A stretch of DNA of 64,000 bases from NCBI GenBank assembly GCA_018716885.1, contig DVJI01000009.1, positions 7,448 to 71,447 on the forward strand. The letters run 5' to 3'. This stretch comes from Candidatus Enterousia intestinigallinarum. Its GTDB lineage: Bacteria; Pseudomonadota; Alphaproteobacteria; Rs-D84. The position numbers and the translations under genes were made by a program. Below, in pieces: positions 61,810-64,000 of the stretch (positions are counted from its first letter, which is position 1; every line of letters begins with the position of its first letter). The notes beneath the pieces are model-generated. The model made no database searches. It was not told where the DNA came from and saw only the letters and a list, made by a program, of their open reading frames with translations.

Positions 61810-62553
61810 TTAACAGAGTCCAAAAGCGTTTAATAATAGCTTAATTGTTGGAATTTGATTTATATTGGCAAGCAAAACCTCACGTCCAACTTTAGTATTT
61901 AAAAATCGTTTAAAAACAATTTCATTTTTTTGTCTGTTTATATCGTTAATTTTAAATTCTATTGATTTGATGGTTTGCTTATAATTGGTTTCTTCTCCGG
62001 TTAATTCTTGCTTGGCATTGATATAACGTGCAATTTTAGTGTCGCAAGCATCTATGAATTTTTTATCGTCTTCTGTTAGCGTGACAGCAGATATTTCTGC
62101 ATCTAACATTTCTTTCATTTTTTTTGTCGTTTTTCCGCGCAAAATTTTCTCAGAGACGCCAAGAAGCATTAAAATTAATCCCTCTATAGAATTTGGCGAA
62201 GAAACAATTAAGATGGGGTTTTTATTGTTAATATTTGTATTTTGTAAATCTGTATACGGAATGTCTTTTAATTTTCCGTCGGTTAAATGCCATCTTTTTT
62301 CTAATGCCGCTAAAACATCTTCACTTATTCGCAGTTCTTTAACAAATTGAAAGTCTTCGTCAAAAAACGCAAATACAACCTGACCATAATCAGAGCACTT
62401 AAAAGCGGTATTTAACACGTTATCAGCGTCCTTGCCATAACAAGGTTGTAAATTTAACCTAAAATCGCTAAATTGCCCGATATGTTCTAGAAAATATTTT
62501 TCTCTATATCCCTCATGAACTACCAGTATAGATTTGCGTTTTTTCTTTACCAT
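61810..62553 (-). CDS. Toprim-like (RloB/DUF4276/AbiLii-like) partner protein
   Basis: 247 aa; N-terminal ...KSILVVHEGYREKYFLEHI (EGxxE motif of OLD/RloB-type Toprim); ATG at 62553 with a GGAGG RBS inside the 3' end of the upstream ATPase gene. Confidence 0.5.
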   Translation of the reverse strand: MVKKKRKSILVVHEGYREKYFLEHIGQFSDFRLNLQPCYGKDADNVLNTAFKCSDYGQVVFAFFDEDFQFVKELRISEDVLAALEKRWHLTDGKLKDIPYTDLQNTNINNKNPILIVSSPNSIEGLILMLLGVSEKILRGKTTKKMKEMLDAEISAVTLTEDDKKFIDACDTKIARYINAKQELTGEETNYKQTIKSIEFKINDINRQKNEIVFKRFLNTKVGREVLLANINQIPTIKLLLNAFGLC

Positions 62554-62555
62554 TA

Positions 62556-63746
62556 TCAAGCCTCCTTTATCTTTGGGCGGCCATCATATTCTCCCGCTAG
62601 ATATTTTATGAAATAATTTTCATCGTTTCTAACTCCTTGAATGTCATCTAATCTCGTAAGCTCTGTTTCGCTTTTTGAGTTTTTTTCCGCTATAAATATC
62701 TGTGTCTTCGTTAAATTTTGTAGAAACCATGGGTTGTGCGTGGTAAACAAAATCTGTGAATTATTCGGATTTTTTTCTGGGTCTAAAAATCTATTGATAA
62801 TTCTGCTTGTTATATCAGGATGAAGACTTTGTTCAAGCTCATCAGCTATTAACAACCCGCCGTCTCTAAAGATTTTATATAGGTGTACGAACAAATCAAT
62901 ATAAGACAAGGTGCCACTAGATTCTTGAAGTAGTAACAAAGGATGAACCTCTCCATCAATAGTATGTTTGGTCACTATTGCAGAATATTCTTCTTCACCA
63001 TTTACATCAGAATTTATTTTTTGTAATTTTCCAAACCCTAATTCAGAAATACCAGTATCTATGTTTTTTAGTTCTTCCATTAATTCTTCAAATAACAACT
63101 TATCTTTTTCTAATTCTTTTGATATTTCGCTAAGTCTACGCAATGGATTATGTTGGCCAATAACGACTTCTGGGCGAACATTAGTTAAAAGTTTTTTTAC
63201 TGTTCCTAATTCACCTTTGCCAAAATAATTTAGTTCCAATAATAATGACAACAAAGACATGTCATCGCGTAAGCGCTCTAAATCTTGTGTATTGACAGAG
63301 AGCGTGTTTTGTATGCGTTTGCCTGATTCTCGTTTAAAAATCGTATTATATCGCTTTGTGTTTTCTTTTAGTTCTCCTAACCATTCTTTTTGAACTTCTC
63401 CCTTAAAAAGGCCAATTTCATATTTATATTGTTTTTGGTTGTCTATAAATTCTGTAGAAAATTCTGTAGGCGCATTTTCACAACAAAAATGTGTATCTAC
63501 ATTACCTTCTCCTCTTAAAGAAGGAACAGAATAAGAACGACAAATATATCGCAAAAAAAACACGATAGCCTTTAGGATATTGCTTTTTCCACTAGCGTTT
63601 GGCCCGACTATACATGCAATATTATTTATAGCCTTGCCTCCAACCTCAGAATAAGCATTTTTTCTTTGGCTTTCAGATATTTCAAAGTTGACGACAATTT
63701 CTTTACCAATAGACCTATAATTTGTTATTTTAAAGTTCAAAAACAT
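62556..63746 (-). CDS. AAA_21/ABC-type ATPase (AbiLi/AriA/OLD-N-terminal-like)
   Basis: FKITNYRSIGKE...GPNASGKSNILKAI (Walker A), LLIADELEQSLHPD (Walker B/D-loop), LFTTHNP (H-loop); ATG at 63746 (a longer ORF runs to 63791). Confidence 0.7.
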   Translation of the reverse strand: MFLNFKITNYRSIGKEIVVNFEISESQRKNAYSEVGGKAINNIACIVGPNASGKSNILKAIVFFLRYICRSYSVPSLRGEGNVDTHFCCENAPTEFSTEFIDNQKQYKYEIGLFKGEVQKEWLGELKENTKRYNTIFKRESGKRIQNTLSVNTQDLERLRDDMSLLSLLLELNYFGKGELGTVKKLLTNVRPEVVIGQHNPLRRLSEISKELEKDKLLFEELMEELKNIDTGISELGFGKLQKINSDVNGEEEYSAIVTKHTIDGEVHPLLLLQESSGTLSYIDLFVHLYKIFRDGGLLIADELEQSLHPDITSRIINRFLDPEKNPNNSQILFTTHNPWFLQNLTKTQIFIAEKNSKSETELTRLDDIQGVRNDENYFIKYLAGEYDGRPKIKEA

Positions 63747-64000
63747 GGTTTTGCTCCATTTTTGACGATTTTCTGTTAAATTTTGCCTCAAAATATTATA
63801 AAAGTCAATAAAAAACGAACCTTATGAAAAGGTTCGCTAAACTTATTTTAATTTATAACACTTTTGCTGTAGATAATACTTTTGTATGTATATTTCAAGG
63901 GCATAAGACCTATTTTTATGACATTTTCATGACACTTATTGCAAAAAACTTTTACCTCATTTGACAACCTTCTAAAGCAATTTCTATTAATAAATCGCTT

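Larger units (their letters stand above)
60932..64000. mobile_element. AT-rich genomic island inserted at the 3' end of tRNA-Gln (partial; continues past the window end)
   Basis: abrupt GC drop (roughly 30% against about 47% in flanking housekeeping genes), degraded serine recombinase abutting the tRNA, defence-type cargo. Confidence 0.6.

Overview
This 64-kb window comes from a diderm (Gram-negative-type) bacterium. The gene order rpsL-rpsG-fusA-tuf-rpsJ is compatible with an alphaproteobacterium-like lineage, but the taxon cannot be fixed from sequence alone. Core content: acpP-fabF, an AMP-forming acyl-CoA synthetase, tRNA-Pro, mltG, and a near-complete str/S10/spc/alpha ribosomal-protein superoperon (rpsL through rplQ, including fusA, tuf, secY and rpoA). 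Further along are grpE, tpiA, a ppiD-like chaperone and a DUF1015 protein. Accessory content: (1) a ~20-kb locus (29.6-49.9 kb) wedged between rplQ and grpE that encodes at least 12 signal-peptide proteins. These form a lineage-specific paralogous family with Cys-rich domains (shared CGxD[FY][ST]xC...AAFD motif), Thr/Ser/Ala/Arg low-complexity linkers and glycine-zipper segments; one carries an OmpA-like C-terminal domain and one is an ankyrin-bearing autotransporter-like giant. The locus contains an inverted duplication of a two-gene small secreted Cys-rich cassette, each copy preceded by a conserved leader with an intrinsic terminator. (2) Two low-GC genes inserted between rpsK and rpoA inside the otherwise conserved alpha operon. 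(3) Tandem secreted Ntn-hydrolases and a Pmp-like (GGAI/FxxN repeat) autotransporter. (4) A strongly AT-rich island abutting tRNA-Gln that carries a degraded large serine recombinase and a two-gene AAA ATPase + Toprim-like (RloB/DUF4276-like) candidate anti-phage (AbiL/PARIS/OLD-like) module; this island runs off the window end. No rRNA and no CRISPR array were seen. All protein assignments rest on recognisable motifs in the supplied translations; no database search was possible.
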